Counted from the whole stretch's first letter, positions 11,190 to 24,576 are shown. The stretch: DNA of 63,264 nt, filler included, from Basidiobolus ranarum (GCA_040143965.1; 57 parts of 57 records of this genome joined end to end with filler, not necessarily neighbours in it); one strand, 5' to 3'. Translations and numbers: made by a program. Notes: a model not told the origin generated them from the letters alone.

Positions 11190-11878
11190 ATTTCCACCAA
11201 AATGTATAAATGCTTAATTTCTGGTCAATAAATAATTATCTCACAAAGCTTTTCACAACTCCACTTTTCTAAAGTTCCTCCAAACAGCCCATATTTTCGC
11301 AATATCCTCTGCTTCTTGTCAAAGGCAAGGATAGCTTCTGTTGGACCCTCTGGCCCTTTTTCTTCTCCTTTAACAAATCCCAAAAGGCCATTGTCTTCAA
11401 GCACCATTTGCATCTTGAACTTCCAAAGGTGAAAGTCTTCACCATCAACATTCTCTGCAGATACAAAAACATTGATAATAGTACTGGTAGGCTTTCCTTT
11501 AACAGATAATTTGGGGCTCATACCCCAATAAAAGTGCTTAGGGGATATGGAAGTGTTTTGGACCAGATTTGGATTTGTGAGTTAGACACTTGGGTTTTAC
11601 TGAATTGAATATGTCCTATTGATAGTTTCCTATGAAATAAGATAATTGGACATGCTTAGCGCTTAACAAACATGCCTGCTACTCATGGGTGAAAATTTGA
11701 AGTGCTTTGGAGAGGGTTTGAGAAAATAGTGAAAATTGGTAAAAGTGATCTAATTAATATTTCTATTGATTAGAGCAATAAACACACATTTTTAATTGGC
11801 AGAATTGAGTGCTCAATTATCAGAGTATGAACAAACTAGCTACTAAATAATGAGTTGCTATTTACCTGATTTCCACCA
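11190..11878 (-). mobile_element. Copia LTR-B, PBS and gag start (11304-11878, minus), interrupted by the end of LTR family E (11190-11303)
   Basis: GEDFHLWKFKMQMVLEDNGL gag motif and GGTATGAGCCCC PBS. 11190-11280 matches the reverse complement of 31252-31345. Confidence 0.8.
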
Positions 11879-12307
11879 GTTTATCTTATAAAATAGATAT
11901 CTTGTCAGGAGTCCCTTTGATATAGAGTGCTCTAGTATGTCTGTGCAATGGTCTGGACTCCTCCAGTTTGCCTTTGGGAATATATTCTGATTCAATAAAT
12001 TGTCTTGTTTTTTTCTATACACCCCCATTGATTACTCGTATGATAGCTTCCTGAAATGCTGTTTTGAACTTGTGCAACTTCAATCATCAGTTGCTGGCAA
12101 GTACAGTTGAGTTGTAATTAGAACATCTTTGGTCTCCAAAGTTGAGGCTCCACTGAATACTTCTAGTCCATACAGGCAAAAACACAATTGGTATTGTGAC
12201 TTTGCAGNNNNNNNNNNNNNNNNNNNNNNNNNNNNNNNNNNNNNNNNNNNNTTAATTAATTAANNNNNNNNNNNNNNNNNNNNNNNNNNNNNNNNNNNNN
12301 NNNNNNN

Positions 12308-13325
12308 ATAACAATCCTCAAATTTCTATTAGGGGATGGTTTTGCTGTTAGACTTGGCTCAACTAGTGTTTTACTAAATAATTAGGGGACTGTAATCTCT
12401 TCACATGCACTATTGTCACAAAGGAACATATGTGCTAAATTGATTACTGTTTCATTACTAATTGAGTTGGCTGCTGGCATGTTAATGCCTTTCAAACTGT
12501 TAAATAGATTGCCAGACTACTACACAATTAAGTCTTCTGTTCTTGCTGGCTTTTTCCTCTCCTGCTAGCAGGCCTTTGCTTAGAAGACAATACTGATTTA
12601 GATTTTGAATGCTTTGTTCATTGCATTAAATTATTTGGATGGTAAATTAAGTGTACTGAAATTGCTTAGAAACAACTTGTAGTGAGTCAAAATTGCCATC
12701 AAATATCAGATATATGTTGTGAATCCCCTGATAATTCATCTGTGACACTGTCACAAGATCAACTGATACATTGATAGGATATACATGAAATACCAAAATT
12801 CTTCTTCTTTGAAAGCTAGAGATATCTCAGAGGTAAAGCTCAAGCATGCTCACTGTGCAAAGCCACCAGCTGCACAGTGTTGGGTGATTTGCAATAGTAA
12901 TAAGTGCTCAAAAATGATTTTAATTTTGCATACTTAGTTCATTGGCCCTAACAGAAATTTGAGGATTGTTATTGTAAGACAACCATCACAATCTTAATCC
13001 ATATTGGATTGACCATTTACTTACTGTCATATAATCAGCAAGTTAGATTTGATTCTAACTAACTTTTTTAGTTACAGGGGTGAAATTTCAACATCCAACA
13101 AAATAGTTCATTTCAAGATCTTGCAAAATAGTTGCACATGACTGGCTATATTCTCAGAGAGCTATGGATCAGCATATGTGCAAAACTTTAACTCAAATTT
13201 TACCACTTGAATACTAATTTGTCACATTTGAAATCCCCAGTTTCTTTGATATATTCTCCTGAATATTTTTATAGAGTTCTTCATACCAAAGGTTAAGCTC
13301 ATACCCAACATGGGTTTGTATCAAT
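12308..13325. mobile_element. Two back-to-back CACTA terminus A copies (ending 12334, starting 12946) flanking a family-Y fragment
   Basis: TTTCTATTAGGG at 12334 and CCCTAACAGAAAT at 12946. The intervening DNA matches the family-Y 5' region. Confidence 0.8.
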
Positions 13326-13567
13326 NNNNNNNNNNNNNNNNNNNNNNNNNNNNNNNNNNNNNNNNNNNNTTAATTAATTAANNNNNNNNNNNNNNNNNNN
13401 NNNNNNNNNNNNNNNNNNNNNNNNNCTATTTATATTTATGTGCTACTATTTAAGTCAATATATGGGTGAATCACGTGAGTGAGATCAATGTGGAGATAAT
13501 ACTCGCGGTAAGTAAATCTAATATATGATTCTATACAGAATAACTCATCGAATTAACTTCTTGTACA

Positions 13568-14442
13568 ATGCTCACAAGAATCGGTCAGAACCTCTTTACG
13601 AAATCTTCTGGTTCGTGCTTATTTATATTACAAGATAAGCTCTAGCAGCTATGAGGTGTATAGTTCCCTTTGTTAAAGCCTTCACTTTCAAACTCCAGTT
13701 ACTCGCACTCTGGTAGTTGGGCTTCCTACTTTCTATCAAAGGCAGACATTACTTTACTCCTCTTTCAGAAACAAAAGCGATAGTGGTATGTCCATGTGTG
13801 TCTCTATTAGTTTGTATCTCTATAATGCTCATAAGAAAACAACTGCTCTCAATGTTCACATGAAAAAAGTCAAATCGTAACAGAAAATAGTCTAATACTT
13901 TATCATAGCTATAAGTGCTCCTCAATTCACTCCTGTTGGCCAACCGAACAGTACTGCTCGTAAGCATTTACTTAGATACTCTTTTGAAAAAATGTTGTAC
14001 TCAATTGGACATATAGAGATTGCACTCTCAACCGTTGATAAATTAGTCAATTGGGGGCGTACTAGTTCTATATGGCCCATGACTTTTGGACTTGCGTGTT
14101 GTGCTGTGGAAATGATGCACATGGCGGCCGCTCGTTATGACCAAGATCGTATTGGAATTGTATTTCGTGCTTCTCCTCGACAGTCTGATGTCATGATTGT
14201 TGCTGGCACTTTAACCAATAAGATGGCACCTGCTCTAAGAAAAGTATACGATCAAGTAGGAGTCCATTTGATAATACGTACCTTTGCTGTACAATGTATA
14301 AGTTTACTCAAGAATTAATGAACAGATGCCAGAGCCGCGCTGGGTTATTTCTATGGGCGCTTGTGCTAATGGTGGGGGCTACTATCATTATTCATATGCT
14401 GTTGTTCGGGGCTGTGATCGCATTGGGCCGGTTGATATTTAC
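13568..14442 (+). CDS. NDUFS7: NADH:ubiquinone oxidoreductase 20 kDa (PSST) subunit, spliced, 3'-truncated by contig end
   Basis: [75 protein letters not shown] introns at 13960-14016 and 14256-14325. Probable ATG at 13568 with a presequence-like exon; the 5' exons are less certain. Confidence 0.96.
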
Positions 14443-14542
14443 NNNNNNNNNNNNNNNNNNNNNNNNNNNNNNNNNNNNNNNNNNNNTTAATTAATTAANN
14501 NNNNNNNNNNNNNNNNNNNNNNNNNNNNNNNNNNNNNNNNNN

Positions 14543-15447
14543 AGCTAAATTAGAGATGGATGTAATGCAATAGATTAAGGAGGCCCCACAGTATATTAAC
14601 CTGCCAACAAAGGGCTCTTTTCAATGTGCTCATGTGTTTTCACATTGTTTGAGCATAATAACTGCAACAAAGCCCAATCCATGGACACAGAGTAAGAGCC
14701 TCTGTAATTGGATTAAATTGCTTGTGTGATAATCCAACAGTACTTTTAGGAAAGCCATAAGATAGACTTCTTGGTGAGATAGATCAAGATATGCAGTATT
14801 ATTGTTTTAGCCATGGCATAATCTATTCCAGCAATGACACATCTACTTGTGGCAGGACATTTATTGACTGCAAGTTGGGGATATATTGGCTGAATTCTTT
14901 ATGGAAATTTGCCAAAATCCAAGAGCTTATTCTCATTATGAATGGTAACAAGAGTCAGTTATTTGCCAAGTGTCAGTGCTATTCAAAATTTCAGATGTTT
15001 AGCAATTTCTCCACCATTAGTTTGCTGGTAAAGCATGCTGATGTTGTTGAGTTATGTCTGATTGGTCAAGTATGTGCATATGTAGAGACTAAACACAACA
15101 AGATTCTTGTATTTTTTGATTCTCATTATGGCTTGAATACAAAGCCTAAAATATCTAAATAAAGGCATGCATATTAAATCAAATTCCTACAGCAGTAAAA
15201 CCAGTAATTTGCCATTTGAAAATTGAGTTTTTGCAAAAATTGCCAGATATTGAATCACACATGCCAATGTGAGGATCTATGTTTTAACATGTATGAATAC
15301 TATCAAAATACTATCAAGAAACCGCTATCACACCATCAAAATCCCTGGCAGAATGCAAGCTACCAATATTGTGATGGTTCTCTGATGGTTTTGCTCTTTC
15401 TTGGGGTGGATCCAATCCATATCAAATAGATTTTATTTTTGTTAGGG
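14543..15447 (+). mobile_element. CACTA transposase 3' end and terminus B (...TTTTTGTTAGGG)
   Basis: ORF ends KPKISK* at 15162. Homology with other copies stops sharply at TAGGG 15447, and the flank is copia RT. Confidence 0.88.
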
Positions 15448-15659
15448 ATATGGAAAATCCTGCAATAGAACATTGGATAGCTATGAAACAGATAATATGC
15501 TATTTGAAAGGAACAATACATTGTGGAATTCCATTTAGGCAGCAGTACAACATGTCACCNNNNNNNNNNNNNNNNNNNNNNNNNNNNNNNNNNNNNNNNN
15601 NNNTTAATTAATTAANNNNNNNNNNNNNNNNNNNNNNNNNNNNNNNNNNNNNNNNNNNN

Positions 15660-16675
15660 GAAGATACTTTGGCAAGAATCTTTATTGATGACTGGCATTG
15701 ATCAGACTGAGGTCTGATCAAGGAATACATGGGGCTTATATTGATATTGCAAGGTGAAACATAATAAACTTAATAGGGAATATACTGTGAAAGTTCAAGA
15801 GTTGGGGTGTTGGGGGCTACAAGGACCAATACAAAGAGGGATGATGTAAGGATGATGTCAGGGTGTCAGGATGATGTGAGGATGATCAGTTGACCTTCTA
15901 TGGAAGGTCTTGCCCAAAATGCACTATGTGTGGGATGACATGATTGGTTAGGATTCATGGAATGTTCAAAAGAACATGATTTCCATATAAGGTAATCTGG
16001 ACAAACTAACACAAGATTGCCAAGATGAGATGGCACAGTGGGTGTGATGTCATAATCTAATAATAGAGGAGTTCTATTTGTAGTGGATTGGTATGCTGAG
16101 ATCAGAATCATGACAGTATCCCCTTCTTTAGTGTGGCTTCTAGACATAATAGGGTCAGGTTTTTCTGGGTAGGTTTCATGAAACTCCTGGCAAAGTTCCT
16201 TGGAATTGGAAAGATTTGTTGCTGGCTCCCATGATTGATCATTTGTTGGGTATTCTTTCCAGTCCACTAAATATTTCAACTTAGGTCATTAAATTCTGGA
16301 ATCTAGGATTTTGCTAACTTCATATTCAGGGTGTTCCTCCACTTGGATCGCTGAGGGTGGGTCAATGGATTGGCCCTGGAAGGTGTTTCTGGCATGTGGC
16401 TCTAAGAGAGACACATGGAATACATTGCGGACTTTGAAATGGGCTGGCAGTTCAAGGCAGAAGGCTACTGAATTGATTTGCTTAATAATCTTAAAAGGCC
16501 CTAGTCTTTTATGATCAAGTTTATCACAAGGTCTAGTGGTTTTGATATTTTTCCAAAGTAGCCAAGCATAATCTCCTGGCTTGAGATCTGGGCTTGGCAT
16601 TCTTTTCTTATCAGTAAAGTTCTTGTATTGGGATGGAGCATGCTCCAACTCAGATATTAATTGTTTATGGATTTC
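15660..16675 (-). mobile_element. Chromovirus integrase GPY/F region, chromodomain, PPT and 3' LTR-D (16115-15660)
   Basis: RPCDKLDHKRLGPFKI; EYEVSKILDSR..YLVDWKEYP..DQSWEP. PPT AAAGAAGGGGATAC then TGTCA. Confidence 0.93.
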
Positions 16676-16775
16676 NNNNNNNNNNNNNNNNNNNNNNNNN
16701 NNNNNNNNNNNNNNNNNNNTTAATTAATTAANNNNNNNNNNNNNNNNNNNNNNNNNNNNNNNNNNNNNNNNNNNN

Positions 16776-17790
16776 TGCTGATTTCCAGAGTTGTCAAATT
16801 TTTCACATATTGTATAGCTGCTTGATTCCAGAATATGATATAATATTTTATTAGACTTAGATTTAGCACTTGTAGTGCAGGTTAAGACAGGATTATTGCT
16901 TGTTGTTTTCTTGCTAGGAATATTCACTGTAGGGATTGGTAATGATTTGAGCATTGTTATATATTCATCAGTGCCTGATGTTCTAGACCTTCTCCCAGTT
17001 GCAACATTTTCTAAATTTGAATAATGGTCATAAATAGTTTCAGATTCTAAATCTGGCCTAATTCTAGTATCTATTTCCAATGCATCATTTTCCAAGTTGG
17101 TTTAAGTACTTGTTAGCTCAGGGTTGGTTCCAGAACTCCTTTACTCAGAATTTGGGTTATTGAGAAATTGATTTTGAGCCAAAATCAAATCCCCTTTATT
17201 AGAAGATATGAGATTTTCTTCAATGAAGATAGCATCTTCAGAATCAATGATTTGATTTGTGCCAACAATTAGCAGAAAACAGCCTTTGTTCTGATATCCT
17301 ATTAGGATACATTTAATTGCCTTTTGTCCAATATCTTATGTTATGGTTAAGTATTATGAGCATATATAGTTGATCTAAATATACTGAGATGATTCTGATT
17401 GGGCTTGTTTCTAGTCCAAGTTTTAATAGGAGTCTTAGAGTCATGGTTGCTACATGTTGTATTTCTATTATGGAGATATGTAGTTGTTGAAATAACTTCA
17501 TCCTAATAGATCTTAGGAAGATCTGAATTAATCAGCCTGGTACATGCTTACTCCACCAAAGTTCTATTCTTCCTTTCTGCAACTCTATCTTGTTCTGTAC
17601 TGTATGGAATAGTATATTGTTGCTGAATTCCCTTTTCTTTATAAAGGCTAGTTATGACTTGATTGCTAAATTTAGTTCCATTATCACTGCATAGATATTT
17701 GATTTTTCTTCCTGTTATGGTTGTGACCATTGCTTCATATATCTTGAAATAATGAAACACTTCTCCTTTGCTCAACAGAAGATGTGAAAC
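16776..17790 (-). mobile_element. Copia (family 3) integrase, decayed
   Basis: SDNGTKF..EQDRVAERKNRTLVE motif. Confidence 0.88.
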
Positions 17791-17940
17791 NNNNNNNNNN
17801 NNNNNNNNNNNNNNNNNNNNNNNNNNNNNNNNNNTTAATTAATTAANNNNNNNNNNNNNNNNNNNNNNNNNNNNNNNNNNNNNNNNNNNNGTCTGCCTTT
17901 GATTTTCGAATGGAATACAGTAAGAATCGTTTAATGGTGG

Positions 17941-18440
17941 CTTGTGGTTTGTGTTCTGTGGTTATTGCTTCTTCAACCACAGTGGAAGCTTCATCTCTTT
18001 TGACTGGCCATGACCGTGGTCACATGGCAGTATATGTTGGAGCAAGTTGTCTACCTTGTGATTTGTGTTTGGCAGTTCTTGCCTCTTCCACCACAGTAGA
18101 AGCTTCATCTCTTTCAACTGGCTGTGGCCATGGTTGCATGGCAGTACATGTTGGAGCAAGTTATCTACCTTGTGGTTTGTGTTCTGTGGTTATTGCTTCT
18201 TCAACCACAGTGGAAGCTTCATCTTTTTTGACTGGCCATTGCCATAGTCACATTCCAGTACATGTTGGAGTGAGTTGTATACCATGAGGTTTGCATTTGG
18301 CAGTTCTTGCCTCTTCAACCATGGTAGAAGCTTCATCTCTTTTGACTGGCTGCCATGACCTCTGTTGCATGGCAGAACATGTTGGAGCATATTGTCTACC
18401 TTGAGGTTTGTGTTTGACTGTTGTGGCTTCTTCAAGCTCA
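17941..18440 (-). repeat. Tandem 114-bp (38-codon) repeat, about 4.3 copies, within ORF family X
   Basis: Units start at 17941, 18055, 18169, 18283 and 18400 (spacing 114, 114, 114, 117). Confidence 0.92.
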
Positions 18441-19010
18441 GTAAGAGCTTCACTATCTCTCTCAAACACCCATTGTCTTGGTCTCGTGGGGGTACACATT
18501 GTAACAGATTGCTGTCTTTGTAGATCACTCTCAGGTGTCAGATCTTCATCCAACAAAGTGGAAGGTTCAATAATTCTTGCGGTTGGCCTTTGTTGCTGTC
18601 ATGCGGTTGTACACATTAAACCGGTATGTCTTTCTGGTGGCACACTCCTTGGAGCTGACTCTTCTCCAGATGTAAAAAGCTCACTGGTTGGTTTGGTTAA
18701 AAGAGCCATTTGGACATGAAGATAGTTTGATTACTGAAGGATTATAAGACATACAATTGACAAGTGTTTTCGACTTGTACCAGGTCTGTAGCAAGCAACA
18801 GTTGCCAATCAACTGCGGTAAATGTGTAAGAAAGCCAATAAACACCTGGTTGCTAAGATTGGATTGAACTCTCTACTCCTCAATAATCAAAGCTGCTTCC
18901 TTTACNNNNNNNNNNNNNNNNNNNNNNNNNNNNNNNNNNNNNNNNNNNNTTAATTAATTAANNNNNNNNNNNNNNNNNNNNNNNNNNNNNNNNNNNNNNN
19001 NNNNNCTTCA

Positions 19011-19667
19011 GTGATGAATGATGTTGAAGATGCCTGGGACAAAAGATTTAGAGACTCTAATTTCCTTCCATTTCCTGGAGTATTTCCCAATAGAGTTCAT
19101 ATTAGATGTATTCTTCACACATTTCCAGTCAGAATCAATGGGCCCACAAGCAACCAAAAGCTATTCTATTCTAGCAGGTACAAAGCCCACTGTGTAAAGT
19201 TCCAGGCTCTGACAGATTTGGAAGGAAACATCATTTGGTTTAGTGGGCCACATCCAGGTAGATACTATGACAAAAGGCTTTGGGTTGAGAGGCATGCACC
19301 ATTTGTAAGATATGAGAAGACTATGGCTCATTTGGCATATGTTGGGGATGAGTGTAGAAGGCTAGGATGTGTCACTGCTAACAAGAGGCCCAGAGGAGGG
19401 ATACTAACAGAGAGGCAAAAGCTTTATAATGACATTCTTTCCCATTTTAGAGCAAGAGTAGAACATAGCTTTGGTTTCCTAAAGAGATATAGCATTGTAG
19501 CAGGAAAGTATAGAGGAAAATCATTTTGTGGGCCTAAATTAAAGTTAGGCAAAGTAGTCAAAATTTTGATTAATTCTCAATACATTCATACTCAAAGATA
19601 TCCATTGAGAGCACTAGACTTAAGACACTATGAATATAGCTTTCATCATCTTCTGAATGTGCAATAA
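19011..19667 (+). CDS. PIF/Harbinger DDE_Tnp_4-type transposase (5' partial)
   Basis: YSSRYKAHCVKFQALTD..G.IIWFSGPHPG..D; RARVEHSFGFLK. The element ends at about 19822 (GAACAAGTC), inserted into CACTA transposase sequence. Confidence 0.88.
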   Translation: MMNDVEDAWDKRFRDSNFLPFPGVFPNRVHIRCILHTFPVRINGPTSNQKLFYSSRYKAHCVKFQALTDLEGNIIWFSGPHPGRYYDKRLWVERHAPFVRYEKTMAHLAYVGDECRRLGCVTANKRPRGGILTERQKLYNDILSHFRARVEHSFGFLKRYSIVAGKYRGKSFCGPKLKLGKVVKILINSQYIHTQRYPLRALDLRHYEYSFHHLLNVQ

Positions 19668-20120
19668 TGTATAAAGGTACTTTTCTTAAATATACCACAT
19701 AAGTAAAATAAATTGTTTCCAAAATGGTAAAAAACATCAAGCCGGATTGTGCCCAATCATGCCAATTTGTGCTGGCCTACTTTTTAGCTGGCCTGATGTG
19801 GCTCAATAAACTGGAACAAGTCTATAGTAGTGAAATGTTGTTGAATAGTATGTGCATAGTGCCTAATGAGAAGCTTGGGCTCCAGCTGATCCCCTTGAGC
19901 AATATAATCTTAAGCTTACAGCTAATACCAAGTTTGATGTTAGACTGACTGTTTGGTGAATTGATATCAGTAATCATGCTAAAATCTGACTGGGCTCTTG
20001 ATGGTAAAATCATGGAGTTTNNNNNNNNNNNNNNNNNNNNNNNNNNNNNNNNNNNNNNNNNNNNTTAATTAATTAANNNNNNNNNNNNNNNNNNNNNNNN
20101 NNNNNNNNNNNNNNNNNNNN

Positions 20121-21134
20121 AAATAGCCTATGTACTGGAATGGATCTTAAGCCCTCAGATATTACTAAATGTGAAAGCTGTATTCAAGGGAAAATCACCA
20201 GAAAACCATTTCCAAAAGAAGGAGCTAGCAAAGCCAAAGATTTATTGGATCTTATTCATACAGACTTATGTGGCCCAATGCAAACTCTGACACCAAGTAA
20301 GCAACAATATTTACTCATCTTTATTGATGATAAATCTCACTTCACAGTTTCATATCTTCTGTCAAGCAAAGGAGAAGTGTTTCAATATTTCAAGATATAT
20401 GAAGCAATGGTCACAACCATAACAGGAAGAAAAATCAAATACCTATGCAATGATAATGGAACTAACTTTAGCAATGAAGCCATGAATAGCTTTTGTCTAG
20501 AAAAGGGAATCTGGCAGCAATTTACTATTCCATATAGTGCAGAACAAAATGGAGTTGCAGAAAGGATGAATAGGACTTTAGTAGAGAAAGTATATACAAT
20601 GCTTATTGTTTCAGATCTGCCTAAGACCTATTACGGTGAAGCTACTTTAGTGCTACATATCTCCAAAATTGAAGTCCAAGATGTAGCAACCAAAACTCTA
20701 AAACTCCAATTGAAATCTGGACTGCAAACATGCCTAATCTGAATCATCTCAGAATTTTTGGATCAATACTAAATGCTCATATTCCTAAACCTCATCATAG
20801 GAAATTGGACAAAAAGCAATTAAGTGTATCCTATTAGGATATCAGAACAAAGGCTACCATCTCCTAACTGCTGGCATAAATCAAATCATCAACTCCAGAG
20901 ATACTATATTCATTGAAGTAAATATCAAATCTTCTAAGCAAGGGAATTTGATTTTGGCTGAAAATCAATTTCTCAATAACTCCAATTCTGAGTTAACAAG
21001 TTCTGAAACCAATCTTGAGCTAACAAGTACTGAAACCAACTTGGAAAATGATACATTGGAAATAGATACTGGAGTTAGGCCAAATTTGGAATCTGAAACT
21101 ATCTATCAACATTATCCAAATTTAGAAAATATCA
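20121..21134 (+). mobile_element. Copia family 3 integrase
   Basis: CESCIQGK..LIHTDLCGPM..FIDDKS..QNGVAERMNRTL. Confidence 0.92.
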
Positions 21135-21234
21135 NNNNNNNNNNNNNNNNNNNNNNNNNNNNNNNNNNNNNNNNNNNNTTAATTAATTAANNNNNNNNNN
21201 NNNNNNNNNNNNNNNNNNNNNNNNNNNNNNNNNN

Positions 21235-22248
21235 ACTTATCTATTATATCTTATTACACAAACTCCTGAATATCTCAAACAATTGATTTACTTCTCTACT
21301 ATATAAGTCACCATATACTCTTGAGAATAAACTAACTAAAACACATTATCATAAGTTGCTTCTAATATTCAAAGTCTGCCCCACATTATGTCAAGATCCT
21401 CCAACATATTTACAGTTGAAAATACATGCCAGATATTTAAGATCAATACTTTAACATAACTAGATACCATAAATATACCATGAAGATATCCCATATAGAC
21501 CATCAATAAATCTGGCAAAATACCAGCTGACAATTTTAGGATGGTTCTCTAACAGAATTGCTGGATCAAATCAATTTTATTTCTATTAGGGCATGATGTT
21601 TCACCAGTTTTTGATGAAGAGAAAGAGGTCAATTAAGAACCACCAAGAGGATGGCCTGCAGCTTCATGCATCATTGCACATGATTTGCCTGATTTGACCA
21701 AATTAACCAGTGAGCTCTGTATTTCTAAAGAAGAGTCAGCTTCAAGGAGCACACCACCTGACAAGCATACCATTTTAGTGTGTACTACCTCACAACAACA
21801 ACAAAGGCCAACTGCAATGATTATTAAACCTTTCACTTTGTTGGATGAAGATCTGGTTCCTAAGAGCAAACTACTGAGAGAGCAATCTTTCAAGGCATAC
21901 TCTCTAACATGACCAAACAACAGATGTTTGAGAGAGATAGTGAAGCGCTTGCTGAGCTTGAAGAAGCAGCAATAGTCAAACACAAATCTCAAGGCAGACA
22001 ATATGTTTTGATGCAAACTACAATGCAACAGAGGTTCCCTAACAAAAATAAAATCAATTTTTAGAGACAAATTGCTAATTCAATGTTCAAGAGCTAAAAC
22101 TGCCAAGAAGGTATGGAAAGCCTTGGAAGACACCTACCAAACAAGTTCTGCTGCCAATAAGATGTTTCTAAGAAAATAATTCTTTAACTCAAAGATGAAG
22201 CCAGGAGAAGACATTAAATCACTAATAATAGAGTCACTATTTTAATAG
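21235..22248. mobile_element. Nested mosaic: LTR-C end (to 21406), diverged CACTA terminus B (to 21591), family-X fragment, short terminus B at 22037, copia gag
   Basis: Each piece matches other copies in the window. Confidence 0.7.
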
Positions 22249-22348
22249 NNNNNNNNNNNNNNNNNNNNNNNNNNNNNNNNNNNNNNNNNNNNTTAATTAA
22301 TTAANNNNNNNNNNNNNNNNNNNNNNNNNNNNNNNNNNNNNNNNNNNN

Positions 22349-23362
22349 CAGTCAACAAATTACCAGCCACAAGTAGATGTGTCACTTCTTGACTAGATTA
22401 CCCCATGGCTAAAACAATAATACTGCATATCTTGATCTATCTTACCAAGAAGTCTGTCTTGCAGCTTTCCTAGAAATACCATTAGATTATTACACAAACA
22501 AATTAGTCTGAATTAAATAGATATTCACTCTGTGTCCATGGATTGGGCTTTGATGCTGTTATTGTGCTCAAACAATGTGAAAACTCATGAGCATATTGGA
22601 AACAGCCCTTTGTTGGAAGGTTAATATACTCTGGAGTTTCCTTAACAAATTGCATTACATCCATCACTGATTTTGCTGATACATTATTAATCAGATTAGT
22701 ATATGGTAATACTGACAATTTCACTTGGAGCATCATTTCACTGCAGGTACACTCCATTGGTAACTACCAGTGTGTATATCAAGGGCCTATAATCTCTAAG
22801 CATTGTGAAAGATGCAGCAGGGAATGTATTGAATACCAGCATAGATTCGGTGTATTTTCTTTAAACCTGTAATAAAGTTTTTCATATCCAATTACAAAAT
22901 CTTTGCACAGTTGCTGTATATGCCTGAGATCTGCAATGTGAGTTGATGTGGTAAGAATATATTAACAATATCTACAGACAACTTCCAATATTGTCAATAC
23001 TTATCAGGTAGAAATCTTTTCAAAATTCCACTTGAATATATACAAATCCAATTCTTCCAGTCTTTGCATTTGAATAAATGCCTAGTGAGTAGATATTAAT
23101 GGGAGTCCTGGTAAAATGTGATGGTATTTTGATCTTTTCAAGGATTTTCCCAATTGATTGAAAGTTTGATCCTCTCTTGAATGGCTCATTCATATTTAAT
23201 TTTCCACTATATAGCTGAGTAATTAGTATTGGAATGTTGTTGAATAGTAACCACATACCCTAACAGAAATTTGAGGATTGTTATTGTAGGATAACCGTCA
23301 CAATTTTAATCCATTTGGGATTGACCGTTTACTTACCGTCATAAAATTGTCAAGTTAGATTG
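22349..23362 (-). mobile_element. CACTA transposase (minus) interrupted by terminus A at 23258
   Basis: Colinear with 3361-4270; CCCTAACAGAAAT at 23258. Confidence 0.85.
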
Positions 23363-23462
23363 NNNNNNNNNNNNNNNNNNNNNNNNNNNNNNNNNNNNNN
23401 NNNNNNTTAATTAATTAANNNNNNNNNNNNNNNNNNNNNNNNNNNNNNNNNNNNNNNNNNNN

Positions 23463-24417
23463 TCCATGTGAAACCATCAGTATTACTTTATGCTAATCTG
23501 ATTAACAATGTATCAGCAAAATCAGTGATGGATGTAATGCAATGGGTTTAGGAGACTCCAGAGTATATTAATCTGCCAACAAAGGGCTCTTTTCAACGAG
23601 CTCATGGTTTTTAACATTGTTTGAGCACCATAACAGCAACAAAGCCCAATCAATGGTCTCAGAGTAAGTACCTCTATAATCCAACTAATTTGCTTGTGTG
23701 ATAATCTGATGGTATTTTTAGGGAAGCTGCAAGACAGATTTGTTGGTGAGACAGATGGACATATGCAGCATTATTGTTTTAGCCATGGGTTAATCTATTG
23801 AAGCAATGACACATCTACTTGTGGCAGGACATTTGTTGACTGCAAGTCAGGTATATACTGGCTGAATTCTTTACGGAAATTTGCCAAAATCCAAAAGCTT
23901 ATTCTCATTGTGAACAGTAACAAGAGTCAGCTATTTCCAAGTGTCAGTGCTATTCAAAATTTCAGATGTTTAGCAATTTTTCCATTGTTAGTTTGCTGGT
24001 AAAGCATATTGATGTTGTTGAGTTATGTCCAATCAGTCAAGTATGTGCATATGTAGAAACTAAACACAACAAGATTCTTGTATTATTTGATTCTCATTAT
24101 GGCTGGAATACAAAGCCTAAAATATGTAAATAACGGCATGCATATTAATTCAAATTCCTACAGCAGTAAACCCAGTAATTTGGCCTTGAAAAATTACATT
24201 TTGCAAAATTGCCAGATATTGAATAATTCATGCCAAATTTTGGGATAAAATATTTAACATGTATGAATAGCATCAGAATACTGTCAAGAAACCACCATCA
24301 CACCATCAAAATCCCTGGTAGAATGCAAGCCACCAATATTATGATGGTTCTCTAATGGTTTTGCTCTTTTGCAGTGTGGATCCAATCCGGATCAAATCAG
24401 TTATATTTTTGTTGAGG
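23463..24417 (+). mobile_element. CACTA transposase 3' part and degenerate terminus B
   Basis: Colinear with 14543-15447. Confidence 0.85.
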
Positions 24418-24576
24418 TCAGGGATAACTAAGGAAATTACATAACTTCTGGAGCTAAGCAAATCTACTTGTCTAAANNNNNNNNNNNNNNNNNNNNNNNN
24501 NNNNNNNNNNNNNNNNNNNNTTAATTAATTAANNNNNNNNNNNNNNNNNNNNNNNNNNNNNNNNNNNNNNNNNNNN

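Noticed and set aside
13471-13478. TCACGTGA E-box upstream of NDUFS7
   Set aside because: A single short motif with no supporting evidence of function.
14419-14442. DRIGPVDIY instead of the usual DRIVPVDIY in NDUFS7
   Set aside because: It is a single base near a contig end, so a sequencing error cannot be excluded; too weak to claim.
17910-18287. Cys-rich plus-strand ORF resembling a metallothionein-like repeat protein
   Set aside because: It is the antisense of the family-X repeat. The homologous long frame runs on the minus strand, and TG-richness from CpG decay inflates Cys and Val.
13426-20020. Apparent clustering of NDUFS7 with transposons or a multi-gene locus
   Set aside because: The pieces are on different contigs and their order reflects length sorting only.
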